A DNA stretch of 64,000 bases, from contig CAXUHF010000016.1 of NCBI GenBank assembly GCA_964250765.1, positions 192 through 64,191 of the forward strand. Direction: 5' to 3'. Within the stretch, counting starts at the first letter, position 1, and each line of letters starts with the position of its first letter. Below, one piece after another: positions 19,337 through 28,796 of the stretch. A model generated the notes under the pieces. That model made no database searches. It saw nothing but the letters and a program-made list of their open reading frames with translations, and had not been told where the DNA came from. A program made the translations under genes and the position numbers. The stretch comes from an uncultured Ktedonobacteraceae bacterium. GTDB lineage: Bacteria > Chloroflexota > Ktedonobacteria > Ktedonobacterales > Ktedonobacteraceae.

Positions 19337-19717
19337 TTACTGTTGCTGTTCTTCCTCTAGAGAGGCGCAAGAAGAATATCCTTCTTCCCTCTTTTCCTTG
19401 ATGCTCGCACACGTTCTCTGTCTCATATGGGAATGAAGGATGAGTTCATCATCCTCTTCAGGTTGCATCCGAGCCTCTGACAGCCGACGAAGCGTTTGCT
19501 GGTAGAGAGACAGGACATAGCCGAGAGAACCTCCCACGAGCACGAGGAGGCAGGCGAAATCGACGACAAATATTTGCCATGCGAGAATGGTGAAGCCATC
19601 GAACGAGAGTTGTATGAAAAATACTCCACCAAGGACGACGCATGTAAGCACTCCTGTCAGGATGAGATTTCTCAGTGGTGGATGCATCATGAGAGCTTTG
19701 AATTGTCGGAGGTTCAT
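19337..19717 (-). CDS. Small membrane protein (hypothetical)
   Basis: 126 aa with two hydrophobic helices. Its ATG overlaps the stop of the upstream O-methyltransferase (ATGA-type coupling). Confidence 0.45.
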   Translation of the reverse strand: MNLRQFKALMMHPPLRNLILTGVLTCVVLGGVFFIQLSFDGFTILAWQIFVVDFACLLVLVGGSLGYVLSLYQQTLRRLSEARMQPEEDDELILHSHMRQRTCASIKEKREEGYSSCASLEEEQQQ

Positions 19718-20787
19718 AGAGGAACTCCTTCAAATATCCAATGAGGCGAGTGTGTTGGCAGTGTTTGTGTCAATCGAAAGCCAGCAGATTCATACAGCAA
19801 ACGAAATTCGTCTCCTGTACGTTCGCCACCTTCTTGCTCTAGGCCCATCCAGAGATCAAGACCCTTTGCAAAGGAACCTTCATTGTTCAGAGGTGAGACG
19901 ACCTGCTCACACACCAAAAGGACTGAATCGGGACGCATTGCCTGCCGACACGTCATCAGAATCTCGCGGCTGTGTTCATCACTCCAATTATGAAGGACTT
20001 CTTTGAGGATATAGGCGTCCGCACCTTTCGGTATCTCGATGAAAAAATCTCCCGCCACCAGTTCTATGCTATCTATTTCATCGTGTGTCATTGGTCCACT
20101 GTGTGTTGTCTTGATACCCTCAATCACCGCCGGACGATCAAAGAGGATACCTTCAATAGTTGGATGATGTGCAATAATTGAAGTAAGAAGACTTCCACGT
20201 CCCCCACCAACATCTACTACCCTCTTGATGAAAGAAAAATCATAGGCATGTGTAATAGCATCATCGACTATCGCCGAAAAGCTCGTGAGAGCAGCGTCGA
20301 AGAGACTGCCCTCTTCTTTGTGTTCATCAAGGTAGGCGTAGAGTTTCTTCCCGTAGAGCAATTCAACAGCGGGTACTCCCGTCTTCATAGTTTCCTCAAG
20401 GGCATTCCATTCCTGGCGGACGCGTTTGCTTCCCATCATGCACGCCATTGCACGTAGAGACCCTGAGATGTCATCACGTAAACACGCTGAAAGGTCTGTG
20501 TTGGTAAAGGTGTGTGTCTCTTCCTCCTCAGCAAAAATACCATATGCTGCTAGGAAGCGGAGCACTCGATACACCCATCGCTCCTGGGTTCCTGTTGTCT
20601 GTGCTAGTTCTGCTGCCGATTTGTGCTCCTCGCCAATGAAGGTCGCGAAATTAAAGTGGGCAACCGCTTGAAGCGCAAACGACTTCCATTCTGCATTCAG
20701 AGCGTCAAGTAAGTGTTGTTGTGGTGGTACCTGCATTGCTGTCCTGTCTTTCTGTGCCTCATCTTTCACAAGAAAAGAGACTTGCAC
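19714..20787 (-). CDS. Class I SAM-dependent O-methyltransferase (COMT-like, with dimerisation domain)
   Basis: 357 aa. SAM motif VVDVGGGRGSLL and an N-terminal wHTH-like dimerisation domain typical of natural-product OMTs. Confidence 0.85.
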   Translation of the reverse strand: MQVSFLVKDEAQKDRTAMQVPPQQHLLDALNAEWKSFALQAVAHFNFATFIGEEHKSAAELAQTTGTQERWVYRVLRFLAAYGIFAEEEETHTFTNTDLSACLRDDISGSLRAMACMMGSKRVRQEWNALEETMKTGVPAVELLYGKKLYAYLDEHKEEGSLFDAALTSFSAIVDDAITHAYDFSFIKRVVDVGGGRGSLLTSIIAHHPTIEGILFDRPAVIEGIKTTHSGPMTHDEIDSIELVAGDFFIEIPKGADAYILKEVLHNWSDEHSREILMTCRQAMRPDSVLLVCEQVVSPLNNEGSFAKGLDLWMGLEQEGGERTGDEFRLLYESAGFRLTQTLPTHSPHWIFEGVPL

Positions 20788-20860
20788 AAAGAGTATGAAA
20801 GAAAATGTCCCTATGCTATCCCAAAAAAGAAGCAGTGTTCCTCATGCATGTGCGATAGTG

Positions 20861-21940
20861 TTACATGCGTTCCCTTTCTGGACCCTGGTGAAGCTCTACA
20901 AGCCGTTCATTCTCAGACTGAAGGCGTCGAATGGTCCCAACGGCAAGGGTAAGTTGCTCTTTTAGTTGCCCTTCTGTCTGTGCTGCCCGCTTGAGTCTTC
21001 CCACCATATTCATGATCCCGACCGCAATCTGCCACAGTTCATTATTATGAATAGTGGGAACCTGAATCGTGTAATTTCCATTCGCCGCTTGTGCCAGCAT
21101 CCCCAGTATCTGCCGTTGGTGCGCTTCAAATTGTTGCTTCTCCTCGACGATCAGTTTTGCCTGCTCACCTCGAATGCGTGTTTGTTCCGCATTGTCTTGT
21201 GATAGCGCGATGATTTCCTCCGCACGATCAGCACGAGCAATCGCTTGTAATGCGCTACGGACCCAAATATAGACAATCACTGCGACAAACACCTGAAGGA
21301 TGACAGGACGCACCAGCACATCATAGATGGAGGTAGAGAGGAGATGGCCTAAACTCATCGTGTGTCGCTCAAGGAGTAGATCAGTCACAATAAAGAGGGC
21401 ATTGATGACAACAACGACGAAGACGCTCCAAGAAGGGAAAAAGGCTACAGCAACCAGCGTACTCTCTGCTAGCAGGTCAAACGTAGGGAGGTTGCTGACA
21501 TCAAGACCACCAGGATTTGCAACGAGTGAGAGGGCAATGCCCACGCCTAAGACGACTACCGATATGACTCCCGCCAAGGTACGTAGACCTTTTCTGTTGA
21601 GAAGAAAGCCACATAGATTGACGAGCAGTGTCACGAGCAGTAAGACAAGCAGTGCTGTGTTGTGACTGAGAATGGCAACTGGGAGTGGAAGGAGCGTAAA
21701 GATGGTCATCCAAAACAGGGTGGTACTGGCAAGGCGTCCCCGGCGAGCGGCTTCTCGTTGCTGAAGACTCGCGCCGAGAGCAGGTTCTGGAGGTGCCGTC
21801 CACCGATACCACCACTCGAACCATCCTGGTTGCATTCGTTGAAGAGAAGCCTCTCCTTGTGGCAATGGGGTTGAAACAAGAGGACGCGATTCAATGGAAG
21901 GTGTCCTCCGTGTTGTATTCATCATAGTACAAAAACTCAC
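20861..21940 (-). CDS. Multi-pass membrane protein with C-terminal HAMP-like/coiled-coil region (paralog 2)
   Basis: 359 aa. Shares WWYR.TAP.EP...QQREAARRGRLASTTLFWMTIFTLLPLPVA and most transmembrane segments with 18188..19273. Similarity is visible at the nucleotide level. Confidence 0.6.
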   Translation of the reverse strand: MSFCTMMNTTRRTPSIESRPLVSTPLPQGEASLQRMQPGWFEWWYRWTAPPEPALGASLQQREAARRGRLASTTLFWMTIFTLLPLPVAILSHNTALLVLLLVTLLVNLCGFLLNRKGLRTLAGVISVVVLGVGIALSLVANPGGLDVSNLPTFDLLAESTLVAVAFFPSWSVFVVVVINALFIVTDLLLERHTMSLGHLLSTSIYDVLVRPVILQVFVAVIVYIWVRSALQAIARADRAEEIIALSQDNAEQTRIRGEQAKLIVEEKQQFEAHQRQILGMLAQAANGNYTIQVPTIHNNELWQIAVGIMNMVGRLKRAAQTEGQLKEQLTLAVGTIRRLQSENERLVELHQGPERERM

Positions 21941-21970
21941 TTCTTTCGTTTCAGAATTGTTTCCCTCTCG

Positions 21971-22504
21971 TCAAGGGTTGGTGAGCGGATGCGTGATGGA
22001 AGGGGAAGCAATGAATCCCTTCTCTTGCAGGTTCATAAGTGCATCTCTCACGATGTCGTACCGCTTTGACAATAATGTTGCGATTTCGGCAACGGTTTTG
22101 TGTCCGTCCACCACAATGATGACCAAACGCTGTTCACGTGGGAGGGTCACGAGTTCCTGCTGTGTCACCTTGTGCAGAGCCATCGGCACTGTGTATGGAG
22201 TGAACTCTGCTGATTGCCTCGTCAATATATAAGATGACTGTTCCTCTCGTTCCACCTGAGATGAGAGCGGAGTATACTCCCAAGAAAGCTGCCCAAGGCG
22301 TTCTATAAAGTGAAATGCCTCGTCACCTGAGAGTCCTCTCCTTTGCTCATCCTGAAGAGAACATCTGCGTATCTCCCCATTTACGAGTACTACGCGCACA
22401 GTGCAGAGGTCCTGCATTCCAGGCACTTGCACTGCGTTCGCTCGTAATTCAATGCTTTGTTGCTCAAACATCCGTATCATTGTTCTGATATCCGTTCGGT
22501 ACAC
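21971..22504 (-). CDS. Hypothetical protein, DUF4388-like N-terminus plus wHTH-like C-terminus
   Basis: 177 aa. The pattern VVLVNGEIRRCSL...GDEAFHFIERLGQLSWEY resembles DUF4388. The C-terminal VDGHKTVAEIATLLSKRYDIVRDALMNLQEKGFI looks like a wHTH. Confidence 0.4.
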   Translation of the reverse strand: MYRTDIRTMIRMFEQQSIELRANAVQVPGMQDLCTVRVVLVNGEIRRCSLQDEQRRGLSGDEAFHFIERLGQLSWEYTPLSSQVEREEQSSYILTRQSAEFTPYTVPMALHKVTQQELVTLPREQRLVIIVVDGHKTVAEIATLLSKRYDIVRDALMNLQEKGFIASPSITHPLTNP

Positions 22505-22957
22505 GCCGCGTCCTTCCCAGCAGTCGGCTCCTTGACTGCACCTCTGTGGGCAATAGGCGAAGCGTACCGGATTGTAGCGCTGACACCTGCCCCTAGCTTG
22601 TGTTCTCTCTCATGTGACTTTTGTGTGTGCTTCGTGTGTGATGTATCATCTTTGGGAAGCTCCTCGTGCTAGAACACGATGCAAGACGATGGCAAGGAAA
22701 AAGAACCTTCCCTGATTCCTCTGTATTAGTGCAATACCAAGAAGGAGACCGATGATCAATCCTACTTGACCTTCGACATGACAGAAGAGGCTATACGCAC
22801 CCTCTCTCTGCCTCATGGGAAAATACTGCTCAGATCGTGTATGCTCAATCATCTGCTGTCTTTCTCCTGCATTTTGACCCACGAATGCCATCCATCTCGC
22901 ATCATGCGCGAGCGACCCCACACGATTCTGTCTGTGGTCAACTGGTTTTCGCATCCT

Positions 22958-23410
22958 CTACGAGAATGAAGATGCCTCCAATATCGTTTTGATATGTTCC
23001 TGGTTTTTCTTCATGTGATCGAGCATATATGCAAGCATCCCCTCGTTTGTCCTCCCAGATTGAGGGTCTACCTCAAAATCTTGCATCCAGGTCATCTTTA
23101 CCCCAACTTCAGTTTGTTCATAGCGCCAAAGGATGTTCATAAACAGGAATGGTGCAAGTGGAGACACACGCTGTGAGTTGGAGAGATGGTGCTTTCTATC
23201 GACCAATCGCCTTGATTGCCACGTATTTCCATGCACATCCGTCAGCTCGAATATGAGCCGCCAGCAAGTGTCTGAAAGTGGTATTTTTTCCAAGACACGA
23301 GCACCACCATACTCGACAAAGAGGTTCGGCCACTGCTCTATGTCGTTTGTCTGTGTAAAGATGGTCTCAATATCTTCCTTGATTAGAATGGATTGTTCTG
23401 CTAATGGCAT
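22958..23410 (-). CDS. SRPBCC-fold polyketide aromatase/cyclase
   Basis: Likely start at ATG 23410 (MPLAEQS) after AGGAGG. The EQWPNLFVEYGGARVLE segment is typical of Polyketide_cyc-type SRPBCC proteins. Immediately follows the ACP gene. Confidence 0.7.
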   Translation of the reverse strand: MPLAEQSILIKEDIETIFTQTNDIEQWPNLFVEYGGARVLEKIPLSDTCWRLIFELTDVHGNTWQSRRLVDRKHHLSNSQRVSPLAPFLFMNILWRYEQTEVGVKMTWMQDFEVDPQSGRTNEGMLAYMLDHMKKNQEHIKTILEASSFS

Positions 23411-23411
23411 C

Positions 23412-23693
23412 TTATTCCTCCTGCTTGACTGATGGGGGTGTTCCTGCCTGAACTGAAAGGGCATCTTGCACCAACGTTGTCACATCCCCAACTGTCAGAC
23501 AGCGTTTGACCTGCTGATCGTCGAGTGTAATGTGAAAGTGCTTCTCAAGTTGAAGAGCAAGCTCGACTCGCTCAAGCGAGTCGATGCTAAGGGACTCCAG
23601 AGGTGTTTCGACAGTGACGGTTGCAGGTTCAACATCACACTGCTCAGCGATCATCTGTTGTACGTCGAGAAAAGGAGTGTTTTGTGTTGTCAT
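23412..23693 (-). CDS. Acyl carrier protein (type II PKS ACP)
   Basis: Start ATG 23693 (MTTQN) overlaps the CLF stop (ATGA). Phosphopantetheine attachment motif LSIDSLERVEL is present. Confidence 0.85.
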   Translation of the reverse strand: MTTQNTPFLDVQQMIAEQCDVEPATVTVETPLESLSIDSLERVELALQLEKHFHITLDDQQVKRCLTVGDVTTLVQDALSVQAGTPPSVKQEE

Positions 23694-25009
23694 GGAAAGA
23701 TTTTCTCCTGTTTTTCTTTGAACTCTGAGGACCATCTCCGTAATATCAGACATGCGTTCGCTCCACCAATACCACGGGCGTTCACTGCAATGACATCAAG
23801 TCGAGAAACAGGGCGAGGCTGCTTAACGACAAAATCTAGCTCGCATTCAGGAGCGATGCTGTCGAGGTGAAGTGTTGCAGGGACCATATGATGCTGCAAT
23901 GCAAGCAGACCAATGACCACATCGACGGGTGTCGCTGCTCCAAAGAGATTCCCGAAGGCCGACTTTGGAGCACTGACTGGGACAGAATCCGCGTGCTTTC
24001 CCAGCGCAAGACGGATCGCTCGCGTTTCAGCAATATCCTCTTCAGGGACTGCTGAACCTGCTGCTAGGACGCAATCAATCTGTTCAGAGGTGACATGTGC
24101 TTTTTGCATGGCACGCTGTATCGTGGCTGCATAGCGTGCTCCGCTTGGTTCAGGTCGGATGGGATCATATCCATCATTGGTTGTGGCCCATCCTGCAATT
24201 TCTGCGTAGATGTGTGCTCCGCGACGGACCGCCTCCTCCTCCCGTTCAAGGAAAAGGAATGCTGCTCCCTCACCCGCAACGAGTCCATCGTGGCCCTGAT
24301 CAAACGGTCTATAGGCAGATGTCGGACGCGTTGCTGTTTGCATGGACATGAGGCCAGAGGTTTCATAGCATAAAGCCGCATACGGAGAAAAAGGAGCCTC
24401 AGCACCGCCCGCAAACATACTGTCAGCGTAGCCTGCTTGGAGACAAGAGGCAGCGTGTTTGAGTGCGTATGCTCCTCCAATGCGGTCCCCCAAGAAGGTC
24501 CGCCCTATTCCTTTCAGACCCAACTGGATAGAAATGTTTCCTTGCACAGCGGCGGGGAACCACGCCGTTGCCATATACGGGCTGACGTCACGCGGCCCTT
24601 TTTGCCAGAGATTGGCAAGTTCGCGTTCTGCAAACTCCCAGCCGCCCAGATTGTTGCCAACGGTTATCCCAATACGGTCGCGTCCTTCTGTCTGCCATGT
24701 GTCATCTTGGCTCAGGGAAGATGACACGGGTTTCGGAAGGAACTGAGCATCTGCAATGGCGTGTTGGGCAGCGATGATGCCAAACATGGAGAAGCGATCT
24801 ATTCTCCGCACGAGACGTGTGGGAAGAAACTCTTCAGGACGGAAGTCAGTCCATTGTCCTCCCGACTGACAATGGACATGCGAGACGTCAAACGAGGTCA
24901 ACGCCCGAAGTGCAGACTCACTAGAGGAAAGTTTGTCCCATAAGAGTGTGGGACCGATACCGTAAGGTGAGACGACGCCTACTCCTGTGATCACAATACG
25001 TGCCGTCAT
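23690..25009 (-). CDS. Ketosynthase beta / chain-length factor (CLF)
   Basis: 439 aa KS-fold protein translationally coupled to KS-alpha. It lacks the active-site Cys (LGDRIGG context) and both catalytic His (AAGSAVP, FGNLFGAA). Confidence 0.85.
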   Translation of the reverse strand: MTARIVITGVGVVSPYGIGPTLLWDKLSSSESALRALTSFDVSHVHCQSGGQWTDFRPEEFLPTRLVRRIDRFSMFGIIAAQHAIADAQFLPKPVSSSLSQDDTWQTEGRDRIGITVGNNLGGWEFAERELANLWQKGPRDVSPYMATAWFPAAVQGNISIQLGLKGIGRTFLGDRIGGAYALKHAASCLQAGYADSMFAGGAEAPFSPYAALCYETSGLMSMQTATRPTSAYRPFDQGHDGLVAGEGAAFLFLEREEEAVRRGAHIYAEIAGWATTNDGYDPIRPEPSGARYAATIQRAMQKAHVTSEQIDCVLAAGSAVPEEDIAETRAIRLALGKHADSVPVSAPKSAFGNLFGAATPVDVVIGLLALQHHMVPATLHLDSIAPECELDFVVKQPRPVSRLDVIAVNARGIGGANACLILRRWSSEFKEKQEKIFP

Positions 25010-26286
25010 CGTTCCTCTCCTTGCTGATACGTTCCCATAACCAGTGCCGCATGCAAACCTGAGAAGCCAGATGCTGTTGTGAGCAACCAGTGCATCTCGT
25101 GTGAGCGTGATGTGTTTGGAACATAGTCCAAGTCACATTGTGGATCAGGATCACTGTAGTTGACGGTAGGATGAATTTGTTGTGCCTGTAGTGAGAGCGC
25201 ACATGTCACAACTTCTATGGCACTTGCAGCCGCAAGTGAGTGTCCTATCATGGACTTCGTAGAATTGATGGGAATGGTATATGCCCGCTCACCAAGTGCG
25301 GCTTTGAGTGCCTGTGTCTCACGAACATCGTTTTGCGGCGTTGAAGTGCCATGAGCATTGACAAAATCTACTGCATCTGACGAAAGATCAGCGTTTTTCA
25401 ATGCAGTGACGACCGCTCGTGACAAATCTCGACCATCTGGCGACATGTCTGTCATATGAGTTGCATGTTCTGTAATGGCCCACCCTGCAATCTCCGCATA
25501 GATGGGGACTCCTCGCCGAAGAGCATGTTCTAATTCCTCAAGCACAAGGATGCCACTCCCTTCTGAAAGGACGAATCCATCTCGGCTGGCAGAAAATGGA
25601 CGAGATGCCGTAGTCGGTTCTTCGTTGTGGTGTGAAAGACAATGAATAATATCGAATGCCGCGATGGTAATAGGGGTAATGGGAGCCTCAGAAGCTCCGG
25701 CGACGATGACATCGTGCTCTCCACTGAAGATACTTTCATAGGCATATGCGATAGCGTCTACGCCCGCAACACAGCCGGTAGAGAGGGTAAGACACTCCCC
25801 TCCAAATCCATAGCGCGAGGCAAGAGAGAGTGCCGCTGAATTTCCCATAGCGGCAGCGTAAAGATGCGGAGAAACCTCTGAGGAGTGGATGGAGTGACTC
25901 CCCTTCCCGGTGACGGCGACAAACTCCTCATCGAGTGTCTGTGTCCCACAGATGGCAGTTGCAAGAACGACACCAACTTCAGAGGGATCAATGTCTTCCA
26001 GTCGAGCGTCTTGGATCGCTTGTCGGGATGCGACTGTCGCGAACTGAAGAAAGCGGTCCATGCCCAACTCTTCGGGTGGTACTCCTTGCGAAACTGCATC
26101 GAAGTTTTTCACTTCGCAGACGACCTGAGCACCAAACTCATGCCCCCCAAAGAGCGAACTACACGTTGTTTCGTCTAAATGGATGGCTCCTGAAACTCCT
26201 GTGAGTAAGCTCTCCCAAAATGTCTCTTTCCCGATGCCGACTGGAGAAACGACCCCTAGTCCTGTAATGACGACACGACGCTTCAT
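25006..26286 (-). CDS. Ketosynthase alpha (type II PKS KS)
   Basis: 426 aa. Active-site Cys in LSTGCVAGVDA. Catalytic His residues in AHGTSTPQND and MIGHSLAA. GAAGGGAG SD upstream. Confidence 0.9.
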   Translation of the reverse strand: MKRRVVITGLGVVSPVGIGKETFWESLLTGVSGAIHLDETTCSSLFGGHEFGAQVVCEVKNFDAVSQGVPPEELGMDRFLQFATVASRQAIQDARLEDIDPSEVGVVLATAICGTQTLDEEFVAVTGKGSHSIHSSEVSPHLYAAAMGNSAALSLASRYGFGGECLTLSTGCVAGVDAIAYAYESIFSGEHDVIVAGASEAPITPITIAAFDIIHCLSHHNEEPTTASRPFSASRDGFVLSEGSGILVLEELEHALRRGVPIYAEIAGWAITEHATHMTDMSPDGRDLSRAVVTALKNADLSSDAVDFVNAHGTSTPQNDVRETQALKAALGERAYTIPINSTKSMIGHSLAAASAIEVVTCALSLQAQQIHPTVNYSDPDPQCDLDYVPNTSRSHEMHWLLTTASGFSGLHAALVMGTYQQGEER

Positions 26287-26733
26287 GCTGCTCCCTTCTC
26301 AAAAAGTTTCACTGAAGAAGAATTTGTTACTGCATGGACAACCTGCCTCCATTGCCCGGTACATTCTCCGTGGAACAAACGACTATGAGCAAGAGATGGA
26401 GAAACGTTGAATGAATGCCGAAGAGGGAATGTCAGTAACGTTACATCATGGTCCAAGAGGGACCTTTCTCTTGAGAGAAATTCCCATCTTGGACGAGATG
26501 TTGTTCTGGAAGTATTAGCAAGCAGTATCACAGATATGCGGCATGAAATTGGTATAAGCGAGGATGTATGGACAAATTGGTAGTTTCTCCTCAATGTTGG
26601 TCGAGAACCGAATAGTGACTCTCCGCACATGCGAAGTTGCAGGTAGGATATCGTGGTCATTCTGATGTTCCTTGAAATAACAGTTGTGTTTCTACTGGTG
26701 TACTCGCATTCGTTGGAGTGAATTGTCTCAATC

Positions 26734-26752
26734 CTCATCAATCATTGATGAG
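26734..26752. promoter_or_regulatory. Perfect 19-bp palindrome (possible operator) in the long PKS upstream region
   Basis: CTCATCAAT-c-ATTGATGAG, read directly from the sequence. Lies about 450 nt upstream of the KS-alpha start. Confidence 0.35.
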
Positions 26753-27083
26753 TACTTCTGCTGAACGCATCATTGCCTCTTCGTTAAAAGTACGTTCACA
26801 GACCTTATTCATGTGTGTTTTTGCACAATTTCTGTCATGTCACTCTCTCCTTGTTTGAAGGAAAGATGTTTTGGTTCCCCTTATCCACACTCACATGTAT
26901 CGTATCAACAGCTTCGCACTACAGAAGCACAGAGAAGCACAAAAAAGAAAGAGGAAAGCACGAAAGACGTACAATCGTATTCGAGAAGTGAAGCGTGTAG
27001 TTGTATCATGAAGGTTGTGCCTCTTATTTTGTATGAGGTACAGGAGGAAAGGCAGTATGTCCTGTGGCTACGAGAAGAGGTTA

Positions 27084-27953
27084 TTACTCTGGTTTTTTTG
27101 CCAGGATAGTTGTCATATGCCATGTCGCGTGAAAATCGCTTCGCTGTAGTTCGAGAAGTGCTTGCTCATAAAGCGTATCGTACTCTGTTGATGCACAACC
27201 CCATTTGTGCAGGAACGGGGAGAGTGTTTGAAATCCGTACATGATATTTTGGTAAAAATTCTGTCCGCCAATTGTTCCCGCTACGTAGTCAAGCGTAAAG
27301 GTTGTCTTCTGTACCTGCTGCCATTCATCAGCTACAAGGAGTGGGGGAAGTGCGAGAACGAGACCAGCTCTATCTGGGGCAAAATGATGCCCTGCCTTGT
27401 AGAGCGCACATAGCAGCATCTGGTCAAGCTGTATATAGGCAGAGCTAGTACTCTCAGCACTCTCTTTGTCTGTGATACGTATCACGCCGCCCGGTTGTGT
27501 TACACGTTGTATTTCGTGGAGCAACCTCGTCCAATCCTTTGCTAACATGAAACTAGAAGCGAGACGTACATTCACCAAATCAAAGGAGGCATCAGGAAAT
27601 TCCAAGGGACTCAAGGCGTCCATCACACGAAACGAGACTCCATCAGTGAGATGATGTGCTTTCGCCAGTGCATTGGCATACTCAATCATGCGCCAACTGA
27701 TATCGCATCCTGTCACGTCCATGTGAGGATAAATCCGGGCAGTCTCTAGGACCCACCCACCAGGACCACACCCAAGATCAAGGGCATGTCGGATCGAGGC
27801 AATGTTCGTTTGTTCTGTCAATGGCCCACCCATGCCTTCAGTGAGGAGGCGATCTTGGATGAAGAGACGAAGCATTTCTGCGTCGTTACTCCGGTCTTCG
27901 ACGAAATAGGTGCTGGGATTGTCTTTCCCTCTTGGATCAATGGACTCTGACAT
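27084..27953 (-). CDS. Class I SAM-dependent methyltransferase
   Basis: 289 aa. SAM-binding motif LDLGCGPGGW. Confidence 0.85.
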   Translation of the reverse strand: MSESIDPRGKDNPSTYFVEDRSNDAEMLRLFIQDRLLTEGMGGPLTEQTNIASIRHALDLGCGPGGWVLETARIYPHMDVTGCDISWRMIEYANALAKAHHLTDGVSFRVMDALSPLEFPDASFDLVNVRLASSFMLAKDWTRLLHEIQRVTQPGGVIRITDKESAESTSSAYIQLDQMLLCALYKAGHHFAPDRAGLVLALPPLLVADEWQQVQKTTFTLDYVAGTIGGQNFYQNIMYGFQTLSPFLHKWGCASTEYDTLYEQALLELQRSDFHATWHMTTILAKKPE

Positions 27954-27982
27954 AGTGAAAGTTTCCTTCTTCTACATACTTG

Positions 27983-28237
27983 CTAAGTCATATCCACAAG
28001 AGAGACGTAAGGACTATGTACCTGTTGCGAAGTGCGAAGTGTAGTGTTGAGGTATTCAAAGAACTGAACGACTTCCATCGCTGGAAGAGCATCAAGAGTA
28101 CATACATGCCATTCCCTATTTCCACATGTTGCATGAACATGCCCAAAGGGGCAGCTCATGCCATATCCCCTGGCTTTGAGCAACTCACGTGCAGTATTTT
28201 CAGTAAGGGTCGTTGGTTCATTATCGACCTTCAGCAT
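27983..28237 (-). CDS. Hypothetical small protein
   Basis: 84-aa ORF overlapping the end of the upstream USP gene by 7 nt, an operon-like arrangement. No family recognised. Confidence 0.3.
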   Translation of the reverse strand: MLKVDNEPTTLTENTARELLKARGYGMSCPFGHVHATCGNREWHVCTLDALPAMEVVQFFEYLNTTLRTSQQVHSPYVSLVDMT

Positions 28238-28764
28238 ATATCTTCCTTATCTTGATCACTAGAACATTCTGTATCTTGGATGAGCCATACTCGACACGAT
28301 GCGTTAGTAAGTACATAGAGAATGGTGTCGTCCATCTCGTTCTGTGTTGTAAAGTACGTATGTTTTCGTATTGAACCAATGAGCAGGAGACAGCAATGGA
28401 GATATTTTGCTTCTTCAACAATCGCTCGTCCAGTATGACGAGCTTGCACGACCTCTACGACGGCTTCGCAGCCAACTCGTTCTGCCACATGTGTAGCTTG
28501 GTTGAGAAGTCTATCTGCATGCTCAGATGCTTGCGGAAGAGCAGCTTGGAGATGGAATGTGCGAGGGACTTCAATAATGTGAACAAGATGCACTTTTCGT
28601 CTCACCTCTTTTGCGATCCGGCAAGCAAGAATGGTAAGAGCATGATCAAGTGTTTCACCTCTGATTACGACTGCAATGTTCCCTGTTTGCAGTTCGCCTA
28701 AAGCAGCTTTGCTCATCCCTTCGGCGTTCTTCGTATTCGTACCCCATACTCTGACCATAGACAA
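28231..28764 (-). CDS. Universal stress protein (UspA) family
   Basis: 177 aa. USP-like alpha/beta pattern (VHLVHIIEVP..., AIVEEAKYLHCCLLLIG). Confidence 0.65.
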   Translation of the reverse strand: MSMVRVWGTNTKNAEGMSKAALGELQTGNIAVVIRGETLDHALTILACRIAKEVRRKVHLVHIIEVPRTFHLQAALPQASEHADRLLNQATHVAERVGCEAVVEVVQARHTGRAIVEEAKYLHCCLLLIGSIRKHTYFTTQNEMDDTILYVLTNASCRVWLIQDTECSSDQDKEDIC

Positions 28765-28796
28765 GTCCTTCCACTAAAACGGTAGTCCTGACGTTA

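Noticed and set aside
22646-22954. 102-aa ORF immediately after the cyclase gene, considered as a small membrane protein of the PKS operon
   Set aside because: It has only one weak hydrophobic stretch, its SD is too close to the ATG, and it has no family signal. There is not enough support to list it as a feature.
26283-26741. 152-aa minus-strand ORF directly upstream of and overlapping the KS-alpha start
   Set aside because: Its Ser/Arg/Thr-rich composition is not protein-like. It has no SD and no recognisable family. I treat the region as non-coding leader.
27057-27146. SD-preceded 29-codon Cys-rich ORF (MSCGYEKRLLLWFFCQDSCHMPCRVKIASL) on the plus strand
   Set aside because: It is antisense to the 3' end of the methyltransferase gene and I have no conservation information. 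It is most likely fortuitous.
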